Below are positions 31,005 to 41,728 of a DNA stretch of 64,000 nucleotides, one piece after another. This stretch comes from Terriglobia bacterium. Its GTDB lineage: Bacteria; Acidobacteriota; Terriglobia; Acidiferrales; UBA7541. Below the pieces are notes generated by a model that had not been told where the DNA came from, searched no databases, and worked only from the letters and a program-made list of their open reading frames with translations. The stretch is taken from the NCBI GenBank assembly GCA_963695545.1, contig OY968796.1:2400001-2464000 (forward strand). Direction: 5' to 3'. Each line of letters starts with the position of its first letter. Within the stretch, counting starts at the first letter, position 1. A program made the translations under genes and the position numbers.

Positions 31005-31718
31005 CTAGTTAGGGCCGTGACGCTGTGGGGATGCCACCGTTGCCTTTAACCCCTCCCGAGCGGCAGGCCGCGGGCCATCGGGAATTCGCCAAGCGGTGAC
31101 CACATAGCGACGCGGGGCGGAGCCGATGAAGTGAAATGGATAGCACGTGACGAGCGTGAGCGACTGCCGGCCTTGCGGGCGCAGGACCTCGATGTCGGTC
31201 GGGTCGACGATGGCGGTGGTCGCTACGCGATAGTGATATGTACCCCTCGGCGTTTCCACGCCGATTTCATCGCCCGGTCGCAGCGCTCCGAGGTTGCGAA
31301 AAAAAGTGTCGCGATGCCCGGCGAGCCCCATCGCGCCGGAGCCGTCCGGGAAGGAAGTTCCAGGAATGTGGCCGACGGCGCGACGCAACGTTGTTTCGTC
31401 ATCGCCTTCCAGAACTATTGCAGAGAGGCCGATCTCGGGGATCGTCAACTTGCCGAGTAACTCGTCCGGTTGCACCGCTTGCACCGCCGCGGCTCCGCGG
31501 CGTAACGCAGCGAGGCGACGCGCTTGCACGGCCTGAAAAATTAGCCTGTCTGCCGAGACGAAAAGGAACCAGCCGAGCCCCGCCACCGCGGCGACCCAGC
31601 ATAAATACTCGAGCCAGCGCAAAAAGTTATCCTGCCAGACGGAGGCATGCATCGGCGGAGCCGCGGCGATATCGCGGTCGGCCGATGCAAGCACGTGCAT
31701 GGAATCTCGCGTGGCCAT
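31005..31718 (-). CDS. Class D-like sortase
   Basis: N-terminal TM, VGHIPGT, AGHRDTFF (His), TLVTCYPF (Cys), PRRYVV (Arg); start uncertain. Confidence 0.92.
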   Translation of the reverse strand: MATRDSMHVLASADRDIAAAPPMHASVWQDNFLRWLEYLCWVAAVAGLGWFLFVSADRLIFQAVQARRLAALRRGAAAVQAVQPDELLGKLTIPEIGLSAIVLEGDDETTLRRAVGHIPGTSFPDGSGAMGLAGHRDTFFRNLGALRPGDEIGVETPRGTYHYRVATTAIVDPTDIEVLRPQGRQSLTLVTCYPFHFIGSAPRRYVVTAWRIPDGPRPAAREGLKATVASPQRHGPN

Positions 31719-31781
31719 GGCTTGAAGAGTGTCGCCGGGCGCCCCCAACAGCGCCGCCCGGCGACTCTCGGCGCGTCGTAC

Positions 31782-32513
31782 TTAAGCGCGCGCTCTGCGC
31801 CGAAGCACGAGTCCGACTGCCACGCACAGCAGTCCCGACAACCCAATTAACGGGAGCGAGCTGGCTGTTTGAGGCAATTGCGCCGAATTCGTGGTGGAGG
31901 TTGTAGGGTTGTCCGCAGGCGCCGGCGTTGCGGTGCTGTTGGCGTTGGTTTGCCCTGCGGATGTGTCTGGCGTCGTAGCGGGAGTCGAGCCAGTTTGAGG
32001 AGCCGTGGTCTGCGGCGCTGTGGTTTGAGGCGTCACCGCTGGCGTTGACTGACTCTGTGACGCAGGCTGATCAGATTGCGCTGCGGGCATCTCGCTCGCG
32101 TTGACTTGCGCCATTTGCGCAGGTTGCGAATTCGGATAGATAAATTCCTGTCCGAAATTGTCGCCCGGGTAGAACCACTCGGCGATGGCCGGTGGCTGGT
32201 CCGCCGGGCGTTCCGCAAACCGGATCACTGAGCCGTCGTTCGCGTCGAGCCGGAAATCGGGAACCGCGAGAATGGTCGTGATCAGGCCACTTTGGTCATG
32301 GTTAAAAATCTGCACGATATCTCGGTTGGATGGGCCGTCGGCAAGTTTGAAAACGTAGGTGCCGGGCCCGAGAACCGCTCCGGGAACCTGCACGGAATTT
32401 GGAAAAGTCAAAACCGTCAACTTATCCCATTCGCCGGCGCGAGCTGTCTGATTCAGCGCGCAAAAAACCATGGCCACCGAAAACAGAAGCGCCAGCGTTC
32501 GAATTGCCTTCAT
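31782..32513 (-). CDS. Secreted sortase substrate with LPQTA sorting signal
   Basis: Signal peptide, globular domain, P/T/S/Q-rich linker, then LPQTA, a hydrophobic helix and RRRARA. Confidence 0.88.
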   Translation of the reverse strand: MKAIRTLALLFSVAMVFCALNQTARAGEWDKLTVLTFPNSVQVPGAVLGPGTYVFKLADGPSNRDIVQIFNHDQSGLITTILAVPDFRLDANDGSVIRFAERPADQPPAIAEWFYPGDNFGQEFIYPNSQPAQMAQVNASEMPAAQSDQPASQSQSTPAVTPQTTAPQTTAPQTGSTPATTPDTSAGQTNANSTATPAPADNPTTSTTNSAQLPQTASSLPLIGLSGLLCVAVGLVLRRRARA

Positions 32514-32646
32514 TGAAGTTTCCTCCGTATGAAAGTTTTAGCTGCGCGCAAGTCCGCGGGCCGGGGCGAGCCTTGCAGCGGTCGCCGGGGCGGGAAGAAC
32601 AATCTCGGCGGCCGGTTCGGTAAAATGCGCCGAACGCTGTGCTAGC

Positions 32647-32662
32647 TGCAATGCAGGTTCCA
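32647..32662 (-). promoter_or_regulatory. Putative sigma54 (-24/-12) promoter
   Basis: TGGAACCTGCATTGCA (GG-N10-GC), about 130 bp upstream of the LPQTA gene, with an AT-rich tract just upstream. Confidence 0.55.
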
Positions 32663-32915
32663 CACGGGATGCTTATTTAACCAGTTTAGAATGAGCGACA
32701 TCCGGCCTGAGTGTCAGTGAAACCCCGTATCCCCGAGCGTCTGTAATTCTTACGGACCTGAGGCGATTCCTGCCACTCTTCGCATTCTCCAACTGGAGTC
32801 TGAATGTTGGCGGCAGGATGGTGCTATCGTACGCGAGCTGGATTTTGATCGTCTGAAGGCCAAGGCGACATTACTGGATCGCCGCCGGACGCCGCGCCAC
32901 CGGAAAGGAACGTCA

Positions 32916-33875
32916 ATGCGCCTTGGAATTTTCACCGCCGTATTTGGCTCGCTCACACTCGACCAGGTGATCGCGCAGCTTCAAAAACTCGGAATCTCGA
33001 CCGTCGAGTTGGGCACGGGAGGATATCCCGGCGATTCGCATTGCAAACTCGAGATGTTGGAGAACGCGGCGGCGCGCGGCGAATTCCAAAAGAAGCTTGG
33101 CGATCACGGGATTTCGATCAGCGCGCTGAGTTGCCATGGGAATCCGCTGCATCCCGTCCCCGACGTGCGCGAGAAATTCGTGAACACTTCGCGGCGGACG
33201 ATCTTGCTCGCGGAAAAACTGGGCGTGAAAACGGTGATCGATTTCTCGGGGTGTCCCGGCGATTCCGACGCGGCAAAATTCCCGAATTGGGTGACGTGCC
33301 CCTGGCCGCCCGATTACACCGCGTTGCTGAAATGGCAGTGGGAAGAAAAGGCTCTCCCGTTCTGGATCGACCACGCGAAATTCGCCCGCGATCATGGCGT
33401 GCGCATTGCCATCGAGATGCATCCGGGATTTCTTGTGTATTCGCCGGAGAACATGCTTCGTCTGCGCGAAGCCGCTGGCGAGGCGGTGGGATGCAATTTC
33501 GATCCGAGCCATTTGTTCTGGCAGGGAATCGACCCGCTCGCGGCCGTTCGCCAGTTGGGCGACGCGATTTTTCACGTACACGCGAAGGACACCATGCTGT
33601 GGCAAGGCAACATCAATAAATCGGGCGTGCTTGACACCAAGCCGTACACCGACGAAATAAATCGCGCCTGGATTTTCCGCACCGTGGGCTACGGCCACGG
33701 CGAGGAATGGTGGAATACGTTCGTGAGCACGCTTCGGTTGGTCGGCTATGATGACGTGCTCTCGATCGAGCACGAGGACAGCCTGATGTCCATCGACGAG
33801 GGCATGGCGAAGGCTGCCGCGTTCTTGCACGGCGTGCTGCTGAAAGAGAAAGCCGCGAAGCCCTGGTGGGCGTGA
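32916..33875 (+). CDS. Sugar phosphate isomerase/epimerase (xylose-isomerase-like TIM barrel)
   Basis: IEMHPG, NFDPSH, HVHAKD and SIEHED metal motifs. Confidence 0.9.
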   Translation: MRLGIFTAVFGSLTLDQVIAQLQKLGISTVELGTGGYPGDSHCKLEMLENAAARGEFQKKLGDHGISISALSCHGNPLHPVPDVREKFVNTSRRTILLAEKLGVKTVIDFSGCPGDSDAAKFPNWVTCPWPPDYTALLKWQWEEKALPFWIDHAKFARDHGVRIAIEMHPGFLVYSPENMLRLREAAGEAVGCNFDPSHLFWQGIDPLAAVRQLGDAIFHVHAKDTMLWQGNINKSGVLDTKPYTDEINRAWIFRTVGYGHGEEWWNTFVSTLRLVGYDDVLSIEHEDSLMSIDEGMAKAAAFLHGVLLKEKAAKPWWA

Positions 33876-33901
33876 GTTCGGCGGACGAGGCGGCGAACAA
33901 A

Positions 33902-35074
33902 ATGGCGGAAATCAAAAAGCCGGAGATCGGTGTTGCACTGATCGGCACGAAATTCATGGGCCGCGCTCATAGCCACGCGTATTCCACGGTGGCGAATATT
34001 TTTCCGGATTGCCCGCGGCCGCGCATGCGCGTGATTTGCGGGCGCGACCGCGCCGTGGCCGAATCCATGGCCGCGCGCTTCGGGTGGGAGTCGGTGGAAA
34101 CAAGTTGGGAGCGCGTGCTCGAGCGCAAAGACGTGGACGTCGTGGATATTTCAACGCCGGGATATCTGCACAAGAGCATCGCGGTGGCCGCGGCGCAGGC
34201 CGGCAAGCACGTGCTTTGCGAAAAGCCGCTCGGCAACTCGGGCGCCGAAGCGCGCGAAATGCTCGATGCCGTCACGCGCGCGAAGGTCGTCAATGGAATC
34301 GTATTCAATTACCGGCGCGTGCCCGCGATCATGCTCGCAAAGCAATTGATCGAGAGCGGCCGATTGGGCCGCATCTTTCATTTTCGCGCGCGCTATCTGC
34401 AGGATTGGCTGGTGGACCCGCAATCGCCGCGCGGCTGGCGCCTCGACAAATCGCAAGCCGGCTCGGGCGCGCTCGGCGACCTGGGTGCGCACAGCGTCGA
34501 CCTTTGCCGCTACTTGGTCGGCGAGATAAGCGAAGTCACCGCGATGCTGCAGACCTTCATCAAGGAACGCCCGCTTCCCGCCGCGGACGCCGGCAGCGCG
34601 TGGGGCAGCGTCTCTGGAGCCGAACTCGCTCCCGTGACTGTCGATGACGCGGCGCTTTTCCTGGGCAAGGTCGAAGGCGGAGTGGCAGCGTCGTTCGAGG
34701 TCACGCGCTTCGCCGCCGGACGCCGCAATTCCAACACGTTTGAAGTCAACGGCAGCAAAGGTTCCGTGGCATTCAATCTCGAACGAATGAACGAGCTCGA
34801 ATATTACAATCGCGAAGATCCGCCGGAAGTCCGCGGTTTCCGCACCATCCTCGCGACCGAACCCGGCCATCACGCCTACATTTCAAATTGGTGGCCGCCG
34901 GGCCACATCATCGGTTACGAACACACTTTCACGCACACGATCTACGAATTCCTGAAGGGCGTCGAGCGAGGCGAGTCGCCTCAGCCCAACTTTTTCGATG
35001 GCTGGCGGAATAATATGATTCTCGATGCGGTGGAGCGCTCGGCGTCGTCGGGAAAATGGGAGTCGACGAGTTAG
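33902..35074 (+). CDS. Gfo/Idh/MocA-family oxidoreductase
   Basis: [17 protein letters not shown] and [12 protein letters not shown] motifs; start could be GTG 33872. Confidence 0.93.
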   Translation: MAEIKKPEIGVALIGTKFMGRAHSHAYSTVANIFPDCPRPRMRVICGRDRAVAESMAARFGWESVETSWERVLERKDVDVVDISTPGYLHKSIAVAAAQAGKHVLCEKPLGNSGAEAREMLDAVTRAKVVNGIVFNYRRVPAIMLAKQLIESGRLGRIFHFRARYLQDWLVDPQSPRGWRLDKSQAGSGALGDLGAHSVDLCRYLVGEISEVTAMLQTFIKERPLPAADAGSAWGSVSGAELAPVTVDDAALFLGKVEGGVAASFEVTRFAAGRRNSNTFEVNGSKGSVAFNLERMNELEYYNREDPPEVRGFRTILATEPGHHAYISNWWPPGHIIGYEHTFTHTIYEFLKGVERGESPQPNFFDGWRNNMILDAVERSASSGKWESTS

Positions 35075-35143
35075 CGCGCGGCGAGCTTCTCATCGCCCCA
35101 TTTCATTTCGTAAAAATCGGCTAGCATGCGCGCCTGGGCGCGC

Positions 35144-37630
35144 TCAATCCGCATGCACGGAGTAGCTGCCCGGCCCCGTCAAGTCGACTTCGCGCCGTCC
35201 CTCGCCTTCAACCCAACGACTCGTCGGCGTTTTTCCGTCAACCGTGATTTCCGCCGTGGAGCTGGAGACTGGCAACGAGACCGTCGCCGTGGTTCCGGCA
35301 GGCAGTTCAATTTTGCCGTCGATTCCTTTTGCCGCGTGAAATTCCACGCGAATCTCGCCATTCGGAGTCGGCTGCGCGCCTTTCGCGTAGTCGAGTCCCA
35401 GCAGATTCGGCGCGATCATCACGGTGCGATAGCCGGGAGAAGTGACCTCAATTCCCAGAACATGTTCCGTCAGCCACGAAGTCGGTCCCGACGACCATCC
35501 GTGCGCCAGACTCACTTGATAGCCCATGCCGTTGTCCGCGTGTAGAAAATTGTGGAAGTCGATTTTCTGCCAGCGCGGATCGTAGCCTTCCCAGAAGCTC
35601 GTCGCGCCTTCTTCGATCATCCCGCCCCACCACATGCGCAGAAAATTCATGGCGCCAGATAAGTCTCCGGCCTGGGCCATGGCTTCCAGAATGTAGTCGC
35701 CGTAGTATGGAGACACGTCGTAGTCGGGAAGTTTGCCCGCATCGATGTCGGTGAAAATTCGCTTCCGAATCGCCGCGGTTTCCGCGGGACTCGCGAGGCC
35801 GGAGTAAATGGCCATGGCGTTGGTTTGCCAGCGATCGCCGAACGTCCCGGTGCTCATGTCGAGCAGATTGAGTTCGGCGGCGCTGCGCAGAGCCATCGCG
35901 CGCTTTTCTGCGTCGTCGGCGCCCGCCGCGTCTCCCGTTTCGCGCAGCAGAAACGCGGCGTCGTGGAACGCGCGGTAATACTCGAACTGCGTGGCGCGGC
36001 GCGATTCCGGCGTGTCGCCGAACAGGCCGGACGACCAATCGACGAACGGCCACGCTCGGTGCTGGTTCGCAAACACATTGTTCGGATCGAGGTCCCCCGC
36101 CATGAAATTCAGCAGCTCGCGCAAATTCGGCAGCATCGCTTGCACGAATTCGAGCTTGCCCGTTTGACGATAATAATCCGCCAGTCCCATGATCCAGAAC
36201 GCGGAGTAGCCGGGAATTCCATTTACTTCCGCGCCCGCGTCGGTCACCGGATTTAGGCGCCGGATCGTGTCTTCCATCAGGAATTGATCGGCGAATGCCG
36301 TTTCGATCGTGCGCCCGCTCACGTCAAGATCGCCCATCCAGCGGCCCCGATCGCGCTTCGGCGCGTCCCAGATGTCGTCCTGCATGCACAGGTGCGCGGT
36401 GTACGCTCCGACTTGCCAGATGCGATTGAGCTGCGGGTCCGACGATTCAAACGAGCCGCGGTATTCCACGGGATAATAAATTCCATCCACCCGAATCTTG
36501 ACGAAGCGCAGTAGCGGTCCATCGCCAAAAAATTGCAGCTTCGCAAAACGAAACGAAGATTTTGGTCCGTGCACCGTAGCGTGCGGGGGAATCATAAGCG
36601 AGGCCACCCCGAGATACGGTTTCTTCACCGCTTCCTCATAAGATTCGCCGTAGCGCACGGTCATCCGAATCGGTTGATCGGAGGCGGAAATCACTTCGAT
36701 GCGCCCCGTGGTCTCCTGACCGAAATCGAGCACCAGGCTCGGCGCTTCTAACTCATCGAGAGTTCCCGGCGAACCGCCCGCGCCGGCGGGCAGCTCCACA
36801 CTGAAGATAATTTGCTTGTTCGCGAGCGAGCCGGTCAGCGCGCCGAGGTTGTGGAAATGGCCAATGCCCTCGAATGGATCGCGGACGGTTTTCGCCTCCA
36901 CCGGCACGTGCCCGAGAAACGCCGATATCCCGTCGTAACCCGGCCAGCGGTAAAGGCCGGTGTCGACGTTCCATTGAAACAGGTCGATGTTGCTCTCGGC
37001 TGAGCCGTAGCTCACCGCGGGTTCCCAATCGCCGTCCGCGAAGCTCGGCTTCTCCCAGCCATCCTTCGCGTTCACGGCGACCTTCCACGATGGCCCGCTA
37101 ATCAACAGCGCCGGGCGATCCAGTTGTGGCCCCGCCGGCACAAGTTTCGCGAGCAGGAGCACGCCTTGTCCGAGCGATTTCGGGAAGCGTCGATTCACCT
37201 GCGCGACGGCCTGAATCGCGAACACATTTTCCCCGGCGCGTAGGAAGCGCGTCGCGTCAAGTTCAAACACTTTCGGGCGCAACGTCGCGTCCTGCGGCAC
37301 CGCGAAATCCGCCGCGCGCGCGCCGTTGATGAAGATCGTAGCCCGCGCCGGACCCGTGACGTAGAACGTTGCGCGCCGCGGCACAGTTTTCAGCATCACG
37401 CGCGCGCGGAAAAAGTGCGGCGCGATAACTTCGTCCGCCGTGTCTGCGCGCCAGATGAATTCTTCGGGAAGCGGATGGTGAATTTTCGTTTCGAGCGTGA
37501 GGTCTTTGGCGTTTGCCGCCGGATCGAGGGACGCCGGTGGCGGCACGTCCTGCGATCGCGCCGTCGCCGCGGCGGCGATAACTCCCGCGAGCAGAAGCAT
37601 CACACTCAAATCTTTCCGAATCATTGACAT
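35144..37630 (-). CDS. Secreted GH78 alpha-L-rhamnosidase-like protein
   Basis: LDFGQE, DAPKRDRGRWMGD, GATSFWE, SLAHGWSSGP and PTPNGEI motifs. Confidence 0.88.
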   Translation of the reverse strand: MSMIRKDLSVMLLLAGVIAAAATARSQDVPPPASLDPAANAKDLTLETKIHHPLPEEFIWRADTADEVIAPHFFRARVMLKTVPRRATFYVTGPARATIFINGARAADFAVPQDATLRPKVFELDATRFLRAGENVFAIQAVAQVNRRFPKSLGQGVLLLAKLVPAGPQLDRPALLISGPSWKVAVNAKDGWEKPSFADGDWEPAVSYGSAESNIDLFQWNVDTGLYRWPGYDGISAFLGHVPVEAKTVRDPFEGIGHFHNLGALTGSLANKQIIFSVELPAGAGGSPGTLDELEAPSLVLDFGQETTGRIEVISASDQPIRMTVRYGESYEEAVKKPYLGVASLMIPPHATVHGPKSSFRFAKLQFFGDGPLLRFVKIRVDGIYYPVEYRGSFESSDPQLNRIWQVGAYTAHLCMQDDIWDAPKRDRGRWMGDLDVSGRTIETAFADQFLMEDTIRRLNPVTDAGAEVNGIPGYSAFWIMGLADYYRQTGKLEFVQAMLPNLRELLNFMAGDLDPNNVFANQHRAWPFVDWSSGLFGDTPESRRATQFEYYRAFHDAAFLLRETGDAAGADDAEKRAMALRSAAELNLLDMSTGTFGDRWQTNAMAIYSGLASPAETAAIRKRIFTDIDAGKLPDYDVSPYYGDYILEAMAQAGDLSGAMNFLRMWWGGMIEEGATSFWEGYDPRWQKIDFHNFLHADNGMGYQVSLAHGWSSGPTSWLTEHVLGIEVTSPGYRTVMIAPNLLGLDYAKGAQPTPNGEIRVEFHAAKGIDGKIELPAGTTATVSLPVSSSTAEITVDGKTPTSRWVEGEGRREVDLTGPGSYSVHAD

Positions 37631-37986
37631 ACCTCACCTCCGCACGCCGCTGCTCGCTCACGGCCAGATCCCGGCCAAAATGCCGGTATGCCCACGCCGA
37701 TTGCCAGTCGGTCCCTACGCCGCGGGATTCTATCGCGGAACGCCCGCCGCTGCGAACACTCCGCACCAGGGACGGCCGGGTTAAGAAGTCATAAAGATTC
37801 GCAAATTCGTGGCTTCAATTTTCGAATCGAGCCGAACCAAACAATCCATCGCCTGGCCTCTTGGAAGAATCGGCATTCGCGTCGACAATGGACCGCGCAA
37901 CGAACCAATTCAAATCTCACTCTTGTCCGGCGCCCGCGGTCGCTCCGCCTTTGACATGAGAATGGCTTGAAAAGCTGGTCAGGACT

Positions 37987-39345
37987 ATGCCCTCTATGCA
38001 CAACACGCCAGAGACTGAATTTCATTCCGATGAAGCGAAACCTGAAGCGACTCACGATGCGTTTACGGCCGCCTTGCCGGAAAAACCTCCGGGGAATTCC
38101 GAGACTTTGGACGGCACACCTCGAAAGCCAGAAGAGGGAAAAATGACAGCGCAAGCGAACGCTGAGAAGAAGAATCTGAAACACAAACTGAACGGCAAGA
38201 AAGACCCCGCCAAAGTACTGGGCGGAATTTTCACTGTGGTCGGACTGACTGACGAACCCGCGCGAGCAGCCATTCCCGAAAAACCGGTTGCCGTGAAAGA
38301 AGCAGCCCGAAAACAGCAAATGAAGCAATTGAAAGCCCAGCAGAAAGCGGAGAAGAAGAAACTAAAGAAGAAACTGAAGAAGAAGAAAAGCTCCACCAAA
38401 GTGCTGGCGGGATCCTTCCCCATGATCGAGCTGATTGACGAACAGGTGCGAACAGGCATTCCCGAAGAATTGGTTGCCAAGGTCAAGGATGCCAAGAGCA
38501 AAAAGCACATCATCAGCTCCACTTATCCCTATCCGAAACAGATGAAGAACGCGGATTATTTGGAGGAAATGGAACTTCTGCAAATTGAATTGGTGAAAAT
38601 GCAGACTTGGGTTCAGAAAGTTGGCGAGCGCATCGTGTTGCTCTTTGAAGGGCGCGATGCCGCGGGCAAGGGAGGCACGATCCAGCGCTTCACCGAAAAC
38701 CTAAATCCTCGCGGAGCCAAGGTCGTGGCCCTCGCCAAACCCTCGGACACCGAGCGTGGCCAGTGGTATTTCCAGCGCTACATCGAAAAGCTTCCCACCA
38801 AAGGCGAGATCGTCTTCTTCGATCGTTCCTGGTACAACCGCGGCGGCGTCGAACACGTGATGGGATTCTGCACGCCGCACGAATATCTGGAATTCATGCG
38901 CCAGACGCCCGAATTTGAACGCATGATGGTCCGCAGCGGGATTCGGCTTTACAAATTCTGGTTCTCTGTCAGCCGGGAGGAACAGCTACGCCGTTTTCTG
39001 GGCCGCGCGAAAGATCCCCTCAAGCAATGGAAGCTCAGCCCGATGGATGTGGAATCCCTCGGCAGGTGGGACTCCTATACGAAGGCCAAGGAAGCGATGC
39101 TCTTTTACACCGACACCGCGGACGCACCGTGGACCATCGTGCGCTCCGACGACAAGAAGCGCGCGCGTCTCAACGCGATCAAGTATATCCTTCACAGCAT
39201 TCCTTACGAGGGCAAGGACACCGACGTCGTCACGGCCCCCGATCCGCATATCGTCGGGTCGGCCAAAGCCATTTACGAGCACGGGGAACATCCCCAAGCG
39301 CACGCTCCCGCCGAGCACGCAAGAGCCGCCGCGGCTCACGCGTAA
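37987..39345 (+). CDS. ppk2: Polyphosphate kinase 2 with long Lys-rich N-terminal extension
   Basis: FEGRDAAGKGG, FDRSWYNR, WKLSPMD and SDDKKRAR motifs. Confidence 0.93.
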   Translation: MPSMHNTPETEFHSDEAKPEATHDAFTAALPEKPPGNSETLDGTPRKPEEGKMTAQANAEKKNLKHKLNGKKDPAKVLGGIFTVVGLTDEPARAAIPEKPVAVKEAARKQQMKQLKAQQKAEKKKLKKKLKKKKSSTKVLAGSFPMIELIDEQVRTGIPEELVAKVKDAKSKKHIISSTYPYPKQMKNADYLEEMELLQIELVKMQTWVQKVGERIVLLFEGRDAAGKGGTIQRFTENLNPRGAKVVALAKPSDTERGQWYFQRYIEKLPTKGEIVFFDRSWYNRGGVEHVMGFCTPHEYLEFMRQTPEFERMMVRSGIRLYKFWFSVSREEQLRRFLGRAKDPLKQWKLSPMDVESLGRWDSYTKAKEAMLFYTDTADAPWTIVRSDDKKRARLNAIKYILHSIPYEGKDTDVVTAPDPHIVGSAKAIYEHGEHPQAHAPAEHARAAAAHA

Positions 39346-39552
39346 CTTTGAATCGCGCTTTGTCGCCGACGCATCCAGACGGCGCGCAACGCACAACTCA
39401 GTTTTTTTCGATGAGCTTCTTCCGGTGAGTGAGTGTCGCGCCCGTCGAGTTCATGGGCGCGGCTTTATGCTTTAGCTTCGCGCGCGTTCTCTAATCTCTT
39501 CGCAGTTGCCCACGCACGCTCACGCCCGCGCGAACTCATCCCTCAGCTTGCC

Positions 39553-39589
39553 CGCTCGTCCTAAGGCCTGTTTTGGCCCAGGACGAGCG
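39553..39589. terminator. Hairpin between convergent ppk2 and glutamine synthetase genes
   Basis: cgctcgtcct...aggacgagcg 10-bp stem plus an inner ggcc/ggcc stem; no strong U tract. Confidence 0.4.
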
Positions 39590-39604
39590 AACAATGAGGT
39601 TGAA

Positions 39605-40639
39605 TCAATCAGCCGCCTGGGCGGTGGCCTTCGGGACGCCATTGATCGTCTTCAGAATGCGCGAGACGATCTGGTAGGGATCGGCTTCCGAATTCGGACG
39701 TCGATCTTCCAGGTAGCCCTTGTAACCGTTCTTGATGAAGTTAACAGGCAGCCGGACCGAAGCTCCGCGGTCCGAAAGACCGTAGCTGAACTTGTCGATG
39801 GCCTGCGTTTCGTGCAGACCCGTCAAGCGCAGATGGTTGTCCGGGCCATACGCCGCGATGTGCTCGGCCACGTTATCGGCGAACGATTTCATCAGCGCTT
39901 CCAAATAATCCTTGCCGCCGATTTCGCGGATGTATTTCGTGGAGAAGTTGCAGTGCATCCCCGATCCATTCCAGTCGCCCTTGATCGGTTTGCAATACAA
40001 CTCCACATCCACTTCATACTTTTCGCACAACCGCATCATCAGGTAGCGGGCAGTCCAGGTGTCGTCAGCCGCTTTGGTTGAGCCTTTGGCGAAGATCTGG
40101 AATTCCCACTGGCCTTTGGCGACTTCAGAGTTGATGCCTTCGTGATTGATGCCGGCCGTAAGACACAAATTCAAATGTTCATCGACGATTTGCCGGGCCG
40201 CATCGCCCATGTATTTGTAGCCCACGCCGCAGTAATACGGCCCTTGCGGAGTACTCGGCGTGCCGCCCTTCGGAAAGCCCAGCGGGCGCCCTTCTTTGTA
40301 CAGGAAATATTCCTGCTCAAAACCAACCCAGAAGTCGGGATCGTTCTCGATCGTAGCGCGCATGTTCGTCGAATGCGGCGTCAGATCGGCGTGCAGCACT
40401 TCGCTCAGAACGATGTAGCCGTCCTGGCGGCTTCCATCGGGGTACAGCGCCACGGGCTTTAGCACGCAGTCGGAACTCTTGCCCTCGGCCTGCATCGTAG
40501 AGCTTCCGTCAAAGCCCCAATTGGGCAGATCGCCAAGCGCGGGCGCCTTGTCAAACGACTTGATCAGAGTTTTGCCGCGCAGTTCGGGAACGGGCTTCTT
40601 ACCGTCAAGCCATATATATTCAAGTTTATATTTTGTCAT
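39605..40639 (-). CDS. glnII: Glutamine synthetase, type II-like
   Basis: 344 aa; EYIWLDG, WGFDGSST, GQWEFQI, WNGSGMH, RLTGLHET and YLEDRRP motifs. Confidence 0.9.
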   Translation of the reverse strand: MTKYKLEYIWLDGKKPVPELRGKTLIKSFDKAPALGDLPNWGFDGSSTMQAEGKSSDCVLKPVALYPDGSRQDGYIVLSEVLHADLTPHSTNMRATIENDPDFWVGFEQEYFLYKEGRPLGFPKGGTPSTPQGPYYCGVGYKYMGDAARQIVDEHLNLCLTAGINHEGINSEVAKGQWEFQIFAKGSTKAADDTWTARYLMMRLCEKYEVDVELYCKPIKGDWNGSGMHCNFSTKYIREIGGKDYLEALMKSFADNVAEHIAAYGPDNHLRLTGLHETQAIDKFSYGLSDRGASVRLPVNFIKNGYKGYLEDRRPNSEADPYQIVSRILKTINGVPKATAQAAD

Positions 40640-40912
40640 GAGGTGATTCGGGTCCTTTCAGATGCCCGAGTTGCGCACTATATGACGCCGGAGTCGGACG
40701 TGTACAAGTCTTTAAGTCGATTTTGCCAATCTGTTTTTCTTCTGGAACTAGGCCGCCACCGAGCCCCGGCCACGACGCCCGGCGTGGATTTCGGCGTGTC
40801 GTCCGGTAGAATGGCGTGCAGGCGCGTTGCCGCATCTCCGTTCTGCGGCGGAGCCCACCTTCGGCCACGCGTCCGGGTAAATAGATCGGTTTCGCGATCG
40901 GGAGTTCACATC

Positions 40913-41728
40913 ATGATTCGTTTTGCCGCATGCTTAGCCGCGCTTGGGGCGCTGTTTGCTCTCGTCGCCGCGCGCCCTGCCGCGCCCACCTGCCCGACGT
41001 ACGAGAACCTCAACGCCACGCTGTGGATGCAAACCGCCGTCGAGTACAAGGCCAGCACCCTGGAAACCTATCACGTGGCCGAGGCCGCGCTCGTGCGCGG
41101 CCTCGCCGATCGTCACTCGACGGCGGCGCTCGAGCAGACCGGAAATTTCGAGAATCTTCCGCCAGCCGTGGTTCTGGATCTCGACGAAACCGTCCTGGAT
41201 AATTCTCCCTTTGAAGCGCGCCTGGTCGCGTCCGGGTCGCCATGGTCCAGAGACGCCTGGCTCGCGTGGGTCAAAGAAGAAAACGCGACCCTGATTCCCG
41301 GCGCCATCGACTTCCTCGACTTCGCCCGCGATAAGCACGTCGCGCCCATCTACATCACCAATCGCGCCTGCGATCCCACAAATGACGACGATCCCACCGT
41401 GCAGCAATTGCGCAAACTCAAATTGCCCCTCGCCACCGGCGCCGATTGGCTGCTGTGCGAGCAGCCCGGCGCGGGCCCCGATAAGACCTCGCGCCGCGCC
41501 GAAGTCGCTCTCCACTATCGCATCCTGCTCATGTTTGGCGATCAGCTCGGAGATTTTCTCGGCATCCCCAAAGCCTCCGCGAGTCTCGCCGGCCGCGAAA
41601 AACTTTTTGAGGATCACCAGGCCATGTGGGGCGACCGTTGGTTTCAATTGCCGAATCCGACGTACGGTTCCTGGGAAGCCGCGATGGGCTACACGGTAGC
41701 GGAAAAATTGCCGTACCTCCGGCAATAG
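40913..41728 (+). CDS. Class C acid phosphatase / 5'-nucleotidase (HAD, e(P4)-like)
   Basis: DLDETVLDNS, YITNR, GDQLGDF and LPNPTYGSW motifs; signal peptide. Confidence 0.9.
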   Translation: MIRFAACLAALGALFALVAARPAAPTCPTYENLNATLWMQTAVEYKASTLETYHVAEAALVRGLADRHSTAALEQTGNFENLPPAVVLDLDETVLDNSPFEARLVASGSPWSRDAWLAWVKEENATLIPGAIDFLDFARDKHVAPIYITNRACDPTNDDDPTVQQLRKLKLPLATGADWLLCEQPGAGPDKTSRRAEVALHYRILLMFGDQLGDFLGIPKASASLAGREKLFEDHQAMWGDRWFQLPNPTYGSWEAAMGYTVAEKLPYLRQ

